Positions 17,300-26,911 of a stretch of 32,000 bases of DNA are shown here, one piece after another. Under the pieces are notes generated by a model. That model was not told the DNA's origin. It saw nothing but the letters and a program-made list of their open reading frames with translations, and did no database searches. The translations under genes were made by a program, and so were the position numbers. This DNA is from Methanothermus fervidus DSM 2088 (GTDB lineage Archaea > Methanobacteriota > Methanobacteria > DSM-2088 > Methanothermaceae): assembly GCA_000166095.1 (NCBI GenBank), contig CP002278.1:930001-962000 (forward strand). The letters are read 5' to 3'. The stretch's first letter is position 1; every line of letters begins with the position of its first letter.

Positions 17300-17656
17300 T
17301 CATTTTTTTAAAGTTATGGCTGCTATTAAAATCAAAATACCAATAATTATTGCGCCTATACCTAAGACATATGGATATATAAGCTCTGGATTAAATAATA
17401 GGCACAGACCAGACACAGCAAATAATATTCCAACAGCAAATAAAATAATTTGTATTGTACTTCTTGGTAAAAGTATTGGTCTCAAATTTTTATTTTCACT
17501 GCGAAATATAGCCATTAAAAGAAACCCAATACCCATGCCTATAGAACTACCAACATCTGGTCTATGAAAAGCTAATCCGATGCCTACACCAATAAACATG
17601 CAAGCAACAAATAATAGGCCTGTTTTCACACCATGTTTTTGATTTTTTCCTTCCAT
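17300..17656 (-). CDS. Hypothetical small membrane protein (about 4 TM), divergent from padR
   Basis: 118 aa, Gly/Ile/Leu-rich hydrophobic segments. The only sizeable ORF not antisense to a better gene here. No family recognised. Confidence 0.5.
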   Translation of the reverse strand: MEGKNQKHGVKTGLLFVACMFIGVGIGLAFHRPDVGSSIGMGIGFLLMAIFRSENKNLRPILLPRSTIQIILFAVGILFAVSGLCLLFNPELIYPYVLGIGAIIIGILILIAAITLKK

Positions 17657-17784
17657 TTTTTCACATCATTTTGTTTTTAATTTTAATTTTTTTATAGAGA
17701 AAAGTATATATAATATAAATTTGATATATCGAGGAAACTATATATAAAAACTATGATATTTTAAAAAAATTGGGTGGGAAGTTT

Positions 17785-18144
17785 TTGAGTTATGACAAAG
17801 AATTTGTAAAAAGATTTGTCCAGGGATTCGGGAAAACGATGATACTATTTATGATTGGCAAAAAACGCATGCATGGTTATGCAATAATAAAAAAACTTGA
17901 AGAAATTTATTGTTCAGAAAAAATGCCAAACAAAATAAGACATCCAGGCCCAAGTATCGTATATCCAATTTTACATGATCTAGAAAGACGAGGATTAATA
18001 AAAGGGCATTGGGAATCAAAAGGGAAGAGAAAAATAAAGTATTATGAAATAACACCGAAAGGAAAGGCCACAATAGATAAAATAAAGAAAATAATAGATG
18101 AAATATCTAAAATATGGGATAAATTTTGGAGAGAGATAAGGTGA
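17785..18144 (+). CDS. PadR-family transcriptional regulator
   Basis: Winged-helix PadR signature: MHGYAIIKKLEE....(P)SIVYPILHDLERRGLIKGHWES.GKRKIKYYEITPKGK. The TTG at 17785 follows GGGTGGG. The TTG at 17770 (ORF track) is an alternative. Confidence 0.85.
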   Translation: MSYDKEFVKRFVQGFGKTMILFMIGKKRMHGYAIIKKLEEIYCSEKMPNKIRHPGPSIVYPILHDLERRGLIKGHWESKGKRKIKYYEITPKGKATIDKIKKIIDEISKIWDKFWREIR

Positions 18145-18148
18145 TAGG

Positions 18149-19117
18149 ATGAAATATGCTATAGAAACATTTAATTTGACCAAAAAATATGGTGATTTAA
18201 TTGCTGTGAATAAATTGAATTTTAAAGTTAAAAAAGGTACAATCTTTGGTTTATTAGGCCCAAACGGCGCTGGTAAAACAACGACAGTTAAAATGTTAAC
18301 ATGTTTAATACCTCCGACATCTGGTACAGCTAAAGTTGGTGGACATGATATAATTAAAGAGCCAGATAAAGTAAGACAGAAAATAGGAATGGTTCCACAA
18401 CAAGTAAGCTTGTATAGGGATTTAACTATAAGAGAAAATTTAGAGTTGTGTGCTGATTATTATGGAGTGCCTAAAGATATTAAGAATGAACGTATTGATG
18501 AATTATTAGAACTTGTTGACATTAAATATGCTGAAAACAAATTGATAAAGCATCTTAGTGGAGGACAACAACAAAAAGCTTCATTGGCTGCAAGTTTAAT
18601 CCACGAACCTGAAATATTGTTTTTAGATGAACCAACTACAGGTCTTGATCCAACTACTAAAAGAATTTTGTGGAATTTAGTTAAAGAATTAAATTCAAAA
18701 GGTATTACAATCATACTTTGTTCTCATGACATGTATGAAGTTGAACTATTATGTGATTATGTGGGAATCATAAATAAAGGAATTTTGGTGGCATGTGACA
18801 CGCCACAAGGGCTTAAGGACATGTTAATTAAAAAATCAAAAAGTCGTACGAGAGAATTAAGTATTTTAATAAATAATCTAAATTCAGAGATAATTAACAA
18901 TTTAAATGATTTAACTTTTGTACAAAAAATTAAAAAACATCATAATCAGCGTATAGATATCAGAATAGATACTACTTCTAGTAATTCTATTAATAAAGTG
19001 ATAAATGCCATTTTAGGTAGTGGTGGAGAAATAATTGCAATACATACAAAAGATCCTTCTTTAGAAGACGTGTTTATAGAAGTTACAAAAGAAAAAGGTG
19101 AAGTCAATGGAAATTGA
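18149..19117 (+). CDS. ABC transporter ATP-binding protein (ABC-2/DrrA-like exporter type)
   Basis: Walker A GPNGAGKTT, signature LSGGQQQKASLA, Walker B ILFLDEPTTGLD. C-terminal extension typical of ABC-2 partner ATPases. Confidence 0.9.
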   Translation: MKYAIETFNLTKKYGDLIAVNKLNFKVKKGTIFGLLGPNGAGKTTTVKMLTCLIPPTSGTAKVGGHDIIKEPDKVRQKIGMVPQQVSLYRDLTIRENLELCADYYGVPKDIKNERIDELLELVDIKYAENKLIKHLSGGQQQKASLAASLIHEPEILFLDEPTTGLDPTTKRILWNLVKELNSKGITIILCSHDMYEVELLCDYVGIINKGILVACDTPQGLKDMLIKKSKSRTRELSILINNLNSEIINNLNDLTFVQKIKKHHNQRIDIRIDTTSSNSINKVINAILGSGGEIIAIHTKDPSLEDVFIEVTKEKGEVNGN

Positions 19118-20255
19118 AATTAAAAAATTATATTGGATGATAAAAAAGGATGCACTAACATTGTGGAGACATAAACCAAGATTAATATCAATGTATCTTT
19201 TTCCAATACTTATGATTGTTTTGTTTGGTTATGGTATGGGTGGAGAATTGAAACACATACCAACAGTGATTGTAACTGAAAGCCACGGTCACCTAACAGA
19301 TAACACAATTTCAGCTATTAAAAAAATAGATATTTATGATGTTAAAGATGTGACTAGTGATGTTAATAAAGCTAAAAACATGGTAAAAAATGGAAAAGTA
19401 AAAGCGGCTATCATACTTCCAAAAAATTATGAAAATTATAATGAAAATAGAACTGTGACAGTTTATGTAGATTCATCAGATCAAATTGCTAGTGAATCTA
19501 TAATTCAAGCAACAAAAGCTATATTTACAAAAATACAGACAGAATCCATGATAAAAGAGATGAAAAATATACAACTAGTTATGCATGGAGTACAACCTAC
19601 AGGATTTAATTTGTTAGGTATGATAAATGTTGATATTAAAAAAGCATATGGAGATATAAGGTATATAGACTTTTTAACACCAGGAATACTTGCAATGACG
19701 GTTATGATGGCATGTATGTTTGCCATGGGAGCTACAATAGCTGGTGAAAGAGAAAGAGGAGAATTACCAAGATTATTTATGACACCAACTAATGTTAGCA
19801 CGGTTTTAATAGGTAAAATATTATCAAGGTTAACATTGGAGACTGGTAGAGCATTGGTTTTATTGTTTTGTGCAATAATATTATTTTCAGTGTCTGTAAA
19901 AGGTAATATACTTCTAGTGATACTTTTACTTGTTCTTACAGCATTGTGTTTTATTGGTTTAGGAATAATGATTTCTGGAAGGGTTGAAACACAAGAAGAT
20001 TATTCACAAATAGTAATGCCAATTGCAATGCCAATGATGTTTATTTCTGGAGTATTTTACCCAATAGAGACAATGCCATGGATATTTCAGAAAATAGCAT
20101 ATTTACTACCATTAACTTATGCAAATTTGGCAATAAGAAGTGTAATGCTTAAAGGAGCCTCATTAGGTACAATATGGCCATATATAGCTGTATTAATTGG
20201 ATATACATTGTTGTTTTTTGTGTTGGGTGTAAAAGGATTTAGAAGAGATATGTAA
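19107..20255 (+). CDS. ABC-2 type transporter permease
   Basis: One N-terminal TM, a large extracytoplasmic loop, then five C-terminal TMs, which is the typical ABC-2 architecture. The ATG at 19107 follows AAAGGTGA and overlaps the ATPase gene end. Confidence 0.85.
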   Translation: MEIEIKKLYWMIKKDALTLWRHKPRLISMYLFPILMIVLFGYGMGGELKHIPTVIVTESHGHLTDNTISAIKKIDIYDVKDVTSDVNKAKNMVKNGKVKAAIILPKNYENYNENRTVTVYVDSSDQIASESIIQATKAIFTKIQTESMIKEMKNIQLVMHGVQPTGFNLLGMINVDIKKAYGDIRYIDFLTPGILAMTVMMACMFAMGATIAGERERGELPRLFMTPTNVSTVLIGKILSRLTLETGRALVLLFCAIILFSVSVKGNILLVILLLVLTALCFIGLGIMISGRVETQEDYSQIVMPIAMPMMFISGVFYPIETMPWIFQKIAYLLPLTYANLAIRSVMLKGASLGTIWPYIAVLIGYTLLFFVLGVKGFRRDM

Positions 20256-20257
20256 CC

Positions 20258-20270
20258 TTTTTTATTTTTT
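20258..20270 (+). terminator. Oligo-T tracts (TTTTTTATTTTTT) directly after the ABC-2 permease stop
   Basis: T6-A-T6 begins 3 nt after the TAA at 20253-20255, followed by an AT-rich promoter-like spacer before the stomatin gene. Confidence 0.5.
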
Positions 20271-20334
20271 ATTAAATGATAAATTATTTATTATTAAGTT
20301 AAATTAAATTCTTAAAAAGTTGGAGGTATAGTCT

Positions 20335-21099
20335 ATGTTATGGATTTTGGTTGCAGTTGTAATAGTATTACTTATAATATTAGCTCAGTCATTGAAAATT
20401 GTAAATCAATATGAAAGAGGAATAGTGTTTAGGTTAGGTAAAGTTATAGGAGTAAAAGAGCCTGGTTTAAGAATTATAATACCATTTATAGACAGAATGG
20501 TTAAGGTATCTCTAAGGATTGTCACATTGCCAATTCAATCACAAAAAATAATAACCCAGGACAATGTATCTATAGATGTAGCTGCAGTAGCATATTTCAA
20601 AGTAGTTGATCCTCTTAAGGCAGTGATATCTATAGAAGATTACTATAGTGCTGTTAATCAAATATCACAAACCACAGTGAGAAATGTTGTGGGTAAATTT
20701 GAATTAGATGAAATATTATCTGAAACTTCCAAAATTAATGAGGAAATTAAAAAAACAATCGATGAACACACTAAAAAATGGGGAATAGAAGTGATGACAG
20801 TGGAAATAAAAGATATAAAATTACCTGAAAGCATGCAACGTGCAATGGCAAAACAAGCTGAAGCTGAAAGAGAAAAAAGAGCTAAAATTATAACTGCAGA
20901 AGGAGAATATTTATCAGCGAAAAGGCTTGGTGAAGCAGCAGATATAATTGAAAAACATCCAGTGGCATTACAACTTAGAAATCTTCAAGTACTTACTGAG
21001 ATTGCCGCAGAAAAAAATTCCACAATAGTTTTTCCAGCTCAATTTATGAGCAGCATCAATGATATAAAAAAGTTTATTGAAAAAGAATCAAGAAAATGA
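20335..21099 (+). CDS. SPFH/band-7 (stomatin-like) membrane protein
   Basis: N-terminal TM, then the SPFH core ([15 protein letters not shown]..., VDPLKAV, TVRNVVG) and a coiled coil [26 protein letters not shown]. Confidence 0.9.
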   Translation: MLWILVAVVIVLLIILAQSLKIVNQYERGIVFRLGKVIGVKEPGLRIIIPFIDRMVKVSLRIVTLPIQSQKIITQDNVSIDVAAVAYFKVVDPLKAVISIEDYYSAVNQISQTTVRNVVGKFELDEILSETSKINEEIKKTIDEHTKKWGIEVMTVEIKDIKLPESMQRAMAKQAEAEREKRAKIITAEGEYLSAKRLGEAADIIEKHPVALQLRNLQVLTEIAAEKNSTIVFPAQFMSSINDIKKFIEKESRK

Positions 21100-21112
21100 G
21101 GAGGTTTAAAAT

Positions 21113-21574
21113 TTGGCAAAAATTTTACCGGGTGCTAAAGTTATAGGAGATGTAAAAATAGGAAAAAAATCATCTGTATGGTATAATGCAGTTATAAGAG
21201 GAGACCTCGCACCAATAAAAATTGGCTCATACTCTAATATACAAGATAATTGTGTTATACATGTAACTGATAAACATGGTGTAAAAATTGGTGATTATGT
21301 TTCAGTAGGGCATGGCGCCATACTCCATGGATGCAAAATTAAAGATAATGTACTTATAGGAATGAATGCAACAGTGCTCAATGCTGCAGTTATAAATGAA
21401 AACTCAATAGTTGGTGCTGGGGCAGTTGTCACAGAAAATAAAGAATTTCCTCCCGGAAGTTTAATACTTGGTGTACCAGCAAAAGTTGTACGGGAATTAA
21501 CAAAAAAAGAAATAAAATCAATAAAAGAAAATGCTATAAAATATTATGAGCTTGCATGTAAACAGGAAAAATAA
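21113..21574 (+). CDS. Gamma-carbonic-anhydrase-like / hexapeptide-repeat (LbH) protein
   Basis: VIGDV.IG..SSVWYNAVIRGD...I.IG..SNIQDN.VIH plus the VGHGAILHG His triad context typical of the gamma-CA/YrdA family. TTG start after GAGGAGGT. Confidence 0.85.
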   Translation: MAKILPGAKVIGDVKIGKKSSVWYNAVIRGDLAPIKIGSYSNIQDNCVIHVTDKHGVKIGDYVSVGHGAILHGCKIKDNVLIGMNATVLNAAVINENSIVGAGAVVTENKEFPPGSLILGVPAKVVRELTKKEIKSIKENAIKYYELACKQEK

Positions 21575-21576
21575 AC

Positions 21577-23661
21577 TTAGATTATTATTCTTGCATCACC
21601 TATACATCCACCATTCCCATCATTAAAAACAAAAACAGGGTTCAAATCTATCTCTTTAATTTCTTCATGAATATCCATTATAACACCTATCTTCATTAAA
21701 CATTCAACAAGAAAATTAATATCTTTCCTTTTTCTTCCCCTTACACCTTCTAAAATTTTGTATGATTTTAAGTCCTTAATCATGTCTACAGCAAATTCTC
21801 TTGTTATTGGATATACACCAAAACTAACATCATCTAAAACTTCAACAAAAATCCCACCTAAACCTACCATAAGGACTGGCCCAAAAATTTTGTCTCTTTT
21901 TGCGCCAACTATAACCTCTATTTTTTCTTCATCAATAAACTTTTCCACTAGAACACCCTCTATTCTAACATTTGGATCATGTTTTTTTGCATTATTAACC
22001 AGTGTATTATATGCTTTTTTTGGATTATCTGGGTTTATTATAACTCCACCAACTTCGGTTTTATGTATTATTTCTGGAGAAACAATTTTCATTACACATT
22101 TGCCTAATTTTTTACAAAATTCTAATGCTTCATTTTCATTTTTAGCTAAGTAACATTCAGGAACAGGTAATTCATAAAAATCTAATAATTTTTTTGCTTT
22201 GTATTCGTTTGGACTCTTCAATAAATTATCAATGTAATCTCTGTTTTTGTCTCTAATTTTCAAAAACTTTTCTTTAATTTTTTCTAACTCCTCGTCGTAA
22301 TCTTTTCTAACCTTCATTAAGCTATAATTATAGAGACGCGACAATGCTTTGACACCATTTTCAGGTGTTAAATATGATGGAATTCCTCTTCTCCTTAAAT
22401 AACCTTTCACATCTTTGACTGAAACTCCTCCAACAAAAGAAGTTATTAGTGGTTTATTTTTAACCTCTCTACAATTATTTTTTATTTTAACTAATGATCT
22501 AGCTACATCAATGGGTTTAGTCATTTCTTGAGGTGTTAATACAACAAGAATCCCATCTGTGTTTTTATCTTTTCCTAATAATTCAGTACATTTTTCATAT
22601 CTTTCAGGGGGTGCATCCCCAATTATGTCTAAAGGATTTGAAATATTGGCAGTGGGAGGTAAAACATCTTTAAGTTTTGAAATTGTTGATTTATCAAAAT
22701 TTGCTAACTTCATTCCATGTTCAACACATGCATCAGCTGCTAAAACACCGAAGCCTCCTGCATTTGTTATAATGGCAATTTTATTTGATTTTATTATTGG
22801 TTGTGTGGAGAAAATATGTATTAAATCTACTAGTTCCTCAAATGTATATGCTCTAATTATACCTGCTTCTTTAAATACAGCTTCATATATAGAATCCTCA
22901 CCTGCTAAAGCACCTGTATGTGATTTAACAGCTTTTTTTCCTATTTCAGTTTTTCCAGATTTTAAAGCTATTATTGGTTTTTTTCTAGACAATTTTTTGG
23001 CAGATTTTAAAAATTTTTTATCTTTTAAGCCTTCTATATATAAAACTACAATTTCAGTATCATCATCCTTTATAAAATATTCTAGTAGGTCACTTTCTTG
23101 GATATCTACTTTATTACCAATACTTACGACTTTAGAGAATCCAATGTTTAATAAAGGTGCAATATCTAAGATTGCATCCAATATAGCTCCACTTTGAGAA
23201 ACTATTGAAACTTTTCCTTTTGGTGGAAAAATACTTGCAAAAGTAGCATTTAAATCTAAATGTGTATTCATGATTCCTAAACAATTTGGACCAATAATTC
23301 GAATACCATAATTCTTTGCTATTTCTCTTATTTTATTTTCTAATTCATAATTTCCTACTTCTGAAAAACCTGCAGTGATTATGACTGCTCCTCTAATGTT
23401 TTTTTCTCCACACTCTTCTAATACTTTTGGTACAATTATGTTGGGTACAGCTATAACAGCTAAATCTATTTCATCTTCAACGTCTAAAACAGAACTATAA
23501 CATTTCATGCCTAATAAATTTTTGTATTTTGGATTTACTGGATATACATTGCCTTTAAAATTTTTTAAATTCCTTATTATAGAATATCCAACTTTACCTT
23601 TTGTCTTTGATGCACCTATAACTGCAACTGAATTTGGATAAAAGATGTTTTTTAAAGACAT
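21577..23661 (-). CDS. ADP-forming acetyl-CoA synthetase (fused alpha-beta, NDP-forming acyl-CoA synthetase)
   Basis: 694 aa from the ATG at 23661. CoA-binding N-terminus (FYPNSVAVIGAS..GKVGY). Phosphohistidine loop KSHTGALAGE. C-terminal ATP-grasp domain (EYKAKKLLDFYELPVP...IVSPEIIHKTEVGGV). The 63 extra N-terminal codons in the ORF track are AT-rich promoter sequence. Confidence 0.9.
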   Translation of the reverse strand: MSLKNIFYPNSVAVIGASKTKGKVGYSIIRNLKNFKGNVYPVNPKYKNLLGMKCYSSVLDVEDEIDLAVIAVPNIIVPKVLEECGEKNIRGAVIITAGFSEVGNYELENKIREIAKNYGIRIIGPNCLGIMNTHLDLNATFASIFPPKGKVSIVSQSGAILDAILDIAPLLNIGFSKVVSIGNKVDIQESDLLEYFIKDDDTEIVVLYIEGLKDKKFLKSAKKLSRKKPIIALKSGKTEIGKKAVKSHTGALAGEDSIYEAVFKEAGIIRAYTFEELVDLIHIFSTQPIIKSNKIAIITNAGGFGVLAADACVEHGMKLANFDKSTISKLKDVLPPTANISNPLDIIGDAPPERYEKCTELLGKDKNTDGILVVLTPQEMTKPIDVARSLVKIKNNCREVKNKPLITSFVGGVSVKDVKGYLRRRGIPSYLTPENGVKALSRLYNYSLMKVRKDYDEELEKIKEKFLKIRDKNRDYIDNLLKSPNEYKAKKLLDFYELPVPECYLAKNENEALEFCKKLGKCVMKIVSPEIIHKTEVGGVIINPDNPKKAYNTLVNNAKKHDPNVRIEGVLVEKFIDEEKIEVIVGAKRDKIFGPVLMVGLGGIFVEVLDDVSFGVYPITREFAVDMIKDLKSYKILEGVRGRKRKDINFLVECLMKIGVIMDIHEEIKEIDLNPVFVFNDGNGGCIGDARIII

Positions 23662-23751
23662 TGCACTCCCCAAAAAATTTAAGTTTAATTTAATAATATT
23701 AATAATTTTTATTAGGAACAAGAAATAATTATAATTTTGGAGGTAATTTTT

Positions 23752-24027
23752 TTGACATCGCAAATAGAGTTTATTTGTAAAAATAAAAAACTTGTGCTTG
23801 ATAAAGATAAAGTTAAAATAGAGGGTCCATTCCTCGATGATACGATGCAAATTGATGTAGTTGTTAAAAAAAATGAAAAAGATGTTATAGATTTTTTTAA
23901 AAGGATGGAAGATACTTTCTGTGAAATAAAATCTGAAAAATTAGAAGGAATGTGCCATATATATGATGTGAAAATTTCAAAAAAAGGAGAAAATTATGAA
24001 ATTACTTTCTCATTAAGTGAGATTTAG
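23752..24027 (+). CDS. Hypothetical small cytoplasmic protein (about 91 aa)
   Basis: No competing ORF. The TTG at 23752 lies 7 nt after GGAGGT (23739-23744); the TTG at 23737 is an alternative. The stop TAG abuts the next gene. Charged, beta-rich composition. No family recognised. Confidence 0.45.
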   Translation: MTSQIEFICKNKKLVLDKDKVKIEGPFLDDTMQIDVVVKKNEKDVIDFFKRMEDTFCEIKSEKLEGMCHIYDVKISKKGENYEITFSLSEI

Positions 24028-24036
24028 GTGGAAAAA

Positions 24037-25593
24037 ATGAAAAATAAATTACCTCTAATTTTACTCGCATTGTCATTTTTAATGTTTTTTATGAGCCTCA
24101 CATATGCTTATGGTGCAGATTCAGAAAAATATGCAATTTTAGTGGGTGTAGCAAACTACCAAAACATAAGACCTTTAAAATACACAATTAATGATGTATA
24201 TTCAATGAAAAATCTTTTAACAGAACAAAATTTCACAACTTATACATTGATAGATTCTAATGCAACAAAAGAAAATATCAAATCCACAATTTACAATGTT
24301 TCAAGCATGGTGAAAGAAAATGACACCTTTATTTTTTATTTCAGTGGACATGGGACAAATGGTCCAGATCTTCCTTACTATATATGTCCATATGATGCAA
24401 AAAATCTTTTAACCTGTATAAGAGCAGATGAACTCGCTACTTGGATTAAAACAATTAATTGTAAGAATAAAATACTTATATTTGACACTTGTTTTAGTGG
24501 TGGATTAGCAATTGAAAAAGAAAATGTTAAGACAACAGTATTATCTTATGTAACAAGTAATACAACAGAAAATGTTACAATTGGATATGTTTTTGGAAAC
24601 GAAACAACCGTAATTACTTCTTGCTCTGAAGATGAATTCTCTTATGAAGATTATGTATTAAACCATGGTGTTTTCACTTATTATTTCTTAAAAGCATTTA
24701 AAGATCCTAGAGCAGACATAGATAAAGATGGATTTATAAGTTTACTTGAAGCATTTAATTATACTTTATCAAGAGTTAGAAAATATGTTGAAAATCGGTT
24801 TTGGGATGAACAAACGCCAAAGGTTTATGGTATCGTTGCGAACATTAAATTTAGGCTTTTACTTCCTGATCTAACAGTGGTATCAGCTGCATGTGAGGTT
24901 TTATCTCCTTCAGTTTTGCGTGTCTCTTATATAGTTAAGAACATAGGATATGGTTTTGCATTAGCTCCTTGGCAAGATGTCATATATCTCTCTGCAACTA
25001 AAGTTTTGGAAGAATTTTATACAATAGCCGCAAGAAATAATATACAAAAGGATCTTTTAGCTAATGCGACTTACAATATTACAACATATATTTATTTCTC
25101 CTCGCAGAATCTTTACCTTATTATCCACTGTGATGAGTTAAATTATGTCCCTGAATTAAATAAAACAAATAATTATTTTGTAGCTCCTATATCTACCCTA
25201 ATTCCGTCTTCATCTAAATTAAATGAGAAAAATTTCTCAATAACAATTAAGAACGTTGGTTCAGAACCAATTCTATTTAAATATTATGTTAGCGTATATA
25301 CATCTCCAGTAAAAGGAAGTAGAATTCTTTATGATGAATATTTCTATTTCTTAACTCCTGGAGAAAAAATAATTATAGATCTAGGTAGTTTTCCAGCCAA
25401 TTACGCAGTGAGTACAACTTTTGAGATTATTAATCCCAGTAGTTCACCACTACATGCCAACATGCAAGCAGTTTTCAATGTTGAAGGATATGTGCCACAA
25501 ATATTGGTACTCTCCAAGTATATTCCAGCAAGAAGCAAGAAATATTATACAATAAGATTTACAACAAACAACAATTTTGTGGATATATGGTGA
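24037..25593 (+). CDS. Secreted caspase-like peptidase (C14 family, orthocaspase-type) with C-terminal CARDB-like beta-sandwich domains
   Basis: N-terminal signal-peptide-like segment [25 protein letters not shown]. Caspase fold markers: [11 protein letters not shown], His context FYFSGHG, Cys context [11 protein letters not shown], and a downstream [12 protein letters not shown]...[14 protein letters not shown] helix pair. The CARDB-like start LPDLTVVS....VKNIGYG is followed by a second ..[10 protein letters not shown].. unit. The ATG at 24037 follows AGGTGG. Confidence 0.75.
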   Translation: MKNKLPLILLALSFLMFFMSLTYAYGADSEKYAILVGVANYQNIRPLKYTINDVYSMKNLLTEQNFTTYTLIDSNATKENIKSTIYNVSSMVKENDTFIFYFSGHGTNGPDLPYYICPYDAKNLLTCIRADELATWIKTINCKNKILIFDTCFSGGLAIEKENVKTTVLSYVTSNTTENVTIGYVFGNETTVITSCSEDEFSYEDYVLNHGVFTYYFLKAFKDPRADIDKDGFISLLEAFNYTLSRVRKYVENRFWDEQTPKVYGIVANIKFRLLLPDLTVVSAACEVLSPSVLRVSYIVKNIGYGFALAPWQDVIYLSATKVLEEFYTIAARNNIQKDLLANATYNITTYIYFSSQNLYLIIHCDELNYVPELNKTNNYFVAPISTLIPSSSKLNEKNFSITIKNVGSEPILFKYYVSVYTSPVKGSRILYDEYFYFLTPGEKIIIDLGSFPANYAVSTTFEIINPSSSPLHANMQAVFNVEGYVPQILVLSKYIPARSKKYYTIRFTTNNNFVDIW

Positions 25594-25624
25594 CACTGTT
25601 TTTACAGAGAAGAGGAGGCATTAT

Positions 25625-26911
25625 ATGAAAATAAATGAAAAAGGACATTTAGTTATAGGAGAAGTCGATGCTGTAGAGCTTGCTGAAAAATATGATACTC
25701 CTCTTTATGTAATAGATGAAAATAAAATTAGAGAAAATTATAGGCGAATTTATAATGCATTTAAAAAAAGATATGACAAATTTAAGATCCTTTATGCATG
25801 TAAAGCAAATACTAATATTGCAATAATGAAAATTTTGAATGATGAGGGTAGTGGAATTGATGCTGTATCTCCTGGAGAGATATATATAGCATTAGTGGCA
25901 GGGTTTAAACCTGAAGAAATATTATTTACAGGTAACAATGTTAGAAATGATGAATTAGAGTTTGCTGTAGAATCTGGAGTGATGATAAATATTGATTCTA
26001 TATCTCAACTTAAGAGACTTTCAAAATTATGTAATCCTGAGGAAGTAGAAATATCTTTTAGGATAAACCCTCTCGTTGGTGCAGGACATCATGAACATTG
26101 TATAACTGGAGGAGAAATGAGTAAATTTGGTATAGCGGAAAAAGACGCTGTTAAAGCTTATTCTATGGCAAAGAATTTAGGATTTAAAATAAAAGGTATT
26201 CATTGTCATATAGGTTCTGGGATATTAGATCCAAGTCCATTTTTAATGGCTGTGGATGCTCTTACTAAAATTGCTGAAAGAGTTTCTAAAGAAGTTGGAA
26301 TAGAATTTGAATTTATAGACATCGGTGGAGGATTTGGAATCCCATATAAGCCTGAAGAACCTGAGTTAAATATTGAAAATCTTGCAAAAAAAATCATTGA
26401 GGTATTTAAAGAAAGGTGTGATGAATATAATCTTGGAAATCCATGGTTATATATAGAACCTGGAAGATACATTGTTGGAAATGCAGCATGCCTGTTAACT
26501 AGGGTTAACACAATAAAGAAGAGTTATAGAAAGTTTGCAGGCGTTGATGCAGGGTTTAATACTTTGATTAGACCAGCCATGTATGGTTCATATCATCATA
26601 TCATAGTAGCAAATAAAGCCAATGAAGAACCTTGTGAAAAAATAGACATTGCTGGAAACTTATGTGAATCTGGTGACATTTTTGCAAGAGATAGAGAACT
26701 TCCAAAACTAGAAGAGGGAGACATTCTTGCAATTATGGATGCTGGGGCATATTGTTTTTCAATGTCATCACAATATAATTCCAGACCAAGACCCGCTGAA
26801 GTACTTGTAAAAGATGACAAAGTGTCAATAATCAGGGAAAGAGAAAGCATCATAGACTTGTTAGATAAGCAAGTTATACCGGCAAGATTACTAAAAGGTG
26901 GTAAAAAATGA
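25625..26911 (+). CDS. lysA: Diaminopimelate decarboxylase
   Basis: [11 protein letters not shown]-lysine context [21 protein letters not shown] and EPGR motifs. The ATG at 25625 follows GAGGAGG. Confidence 0.95.
   Translation: MKINEKGHLVIGEVDAVELAEKYDTPLYVIDENKIRENYRRIYNAFKKRYDKFKILYACKANTNIAIMKILNDEGSGIDAVSPGEIYIALVAGFKPEEILFTGNNVRNDELEFAVESGVMINIDSISQLKRLSKLCNPEEVEISFRINPLVGAGHHEHCITGGEMSKFGIAEKDAVKAYSMAKNLGFKIKGIHCHIGSGILDPSPFLMAVDALTKIAERVSKEVGIEFEFIDIGGGFGIPYKPEEPELNIENLAKKIIEVFKERCDEYNLGNPWLYIEPGRYIVGNAACLLTRVNTIKKSYRKFAGVDAGFNTLIRPAMYGSYHHIIVANKANEEPCEKIDIAGNLCESGDIFARDRELPKLEEGDILAIMDAGAYCFSMSSQYNSRPRPAEVLVKDDKVSIIRERESIIDLLDKQVIPARLLKGGKK

Noticed and set aside
17271-17567. 98-aa + strand ORF (MKKIKIKQVFHFF...) as an alternative gene in the feo/padR spacer region.
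   Set aside because: It is antisense to the more plausible 118-aa membrane protein gene. It begins inside the oligo-A/T terminator tract, lacks an RBS, and has a low-complexity I/K/P-rich product.
23662-23850. 63-codon N-terminal extension of the acetyl-CoA synthetase ORF (MHRIIEEWTLYFNFIF...).
   Set aside because: The extension is AT-rich promoter-like DNA that translates to N/F/I/K/L low-complexity sequence. It would also overlap the divergent small ORF. The conserved CoA-binding N-terminus begins at the ATG at 23661, which has a GGGGAG RBS.
23737-25593. Interpreting the small ORF plus caspase-like gene as an intracellular antiviral or abortive-infection module.
   Set aside because: The protease has a clear N-terminal secretion signal, sequon enrichment and CARDB-type surface domains. 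There is no sensor (NACHT, TIR, CRISPR-associated or cyclase) or gasdermin-like partner nearby. The neighbours are housekeeping genes. It is kept as a finding, but not as a defence call.
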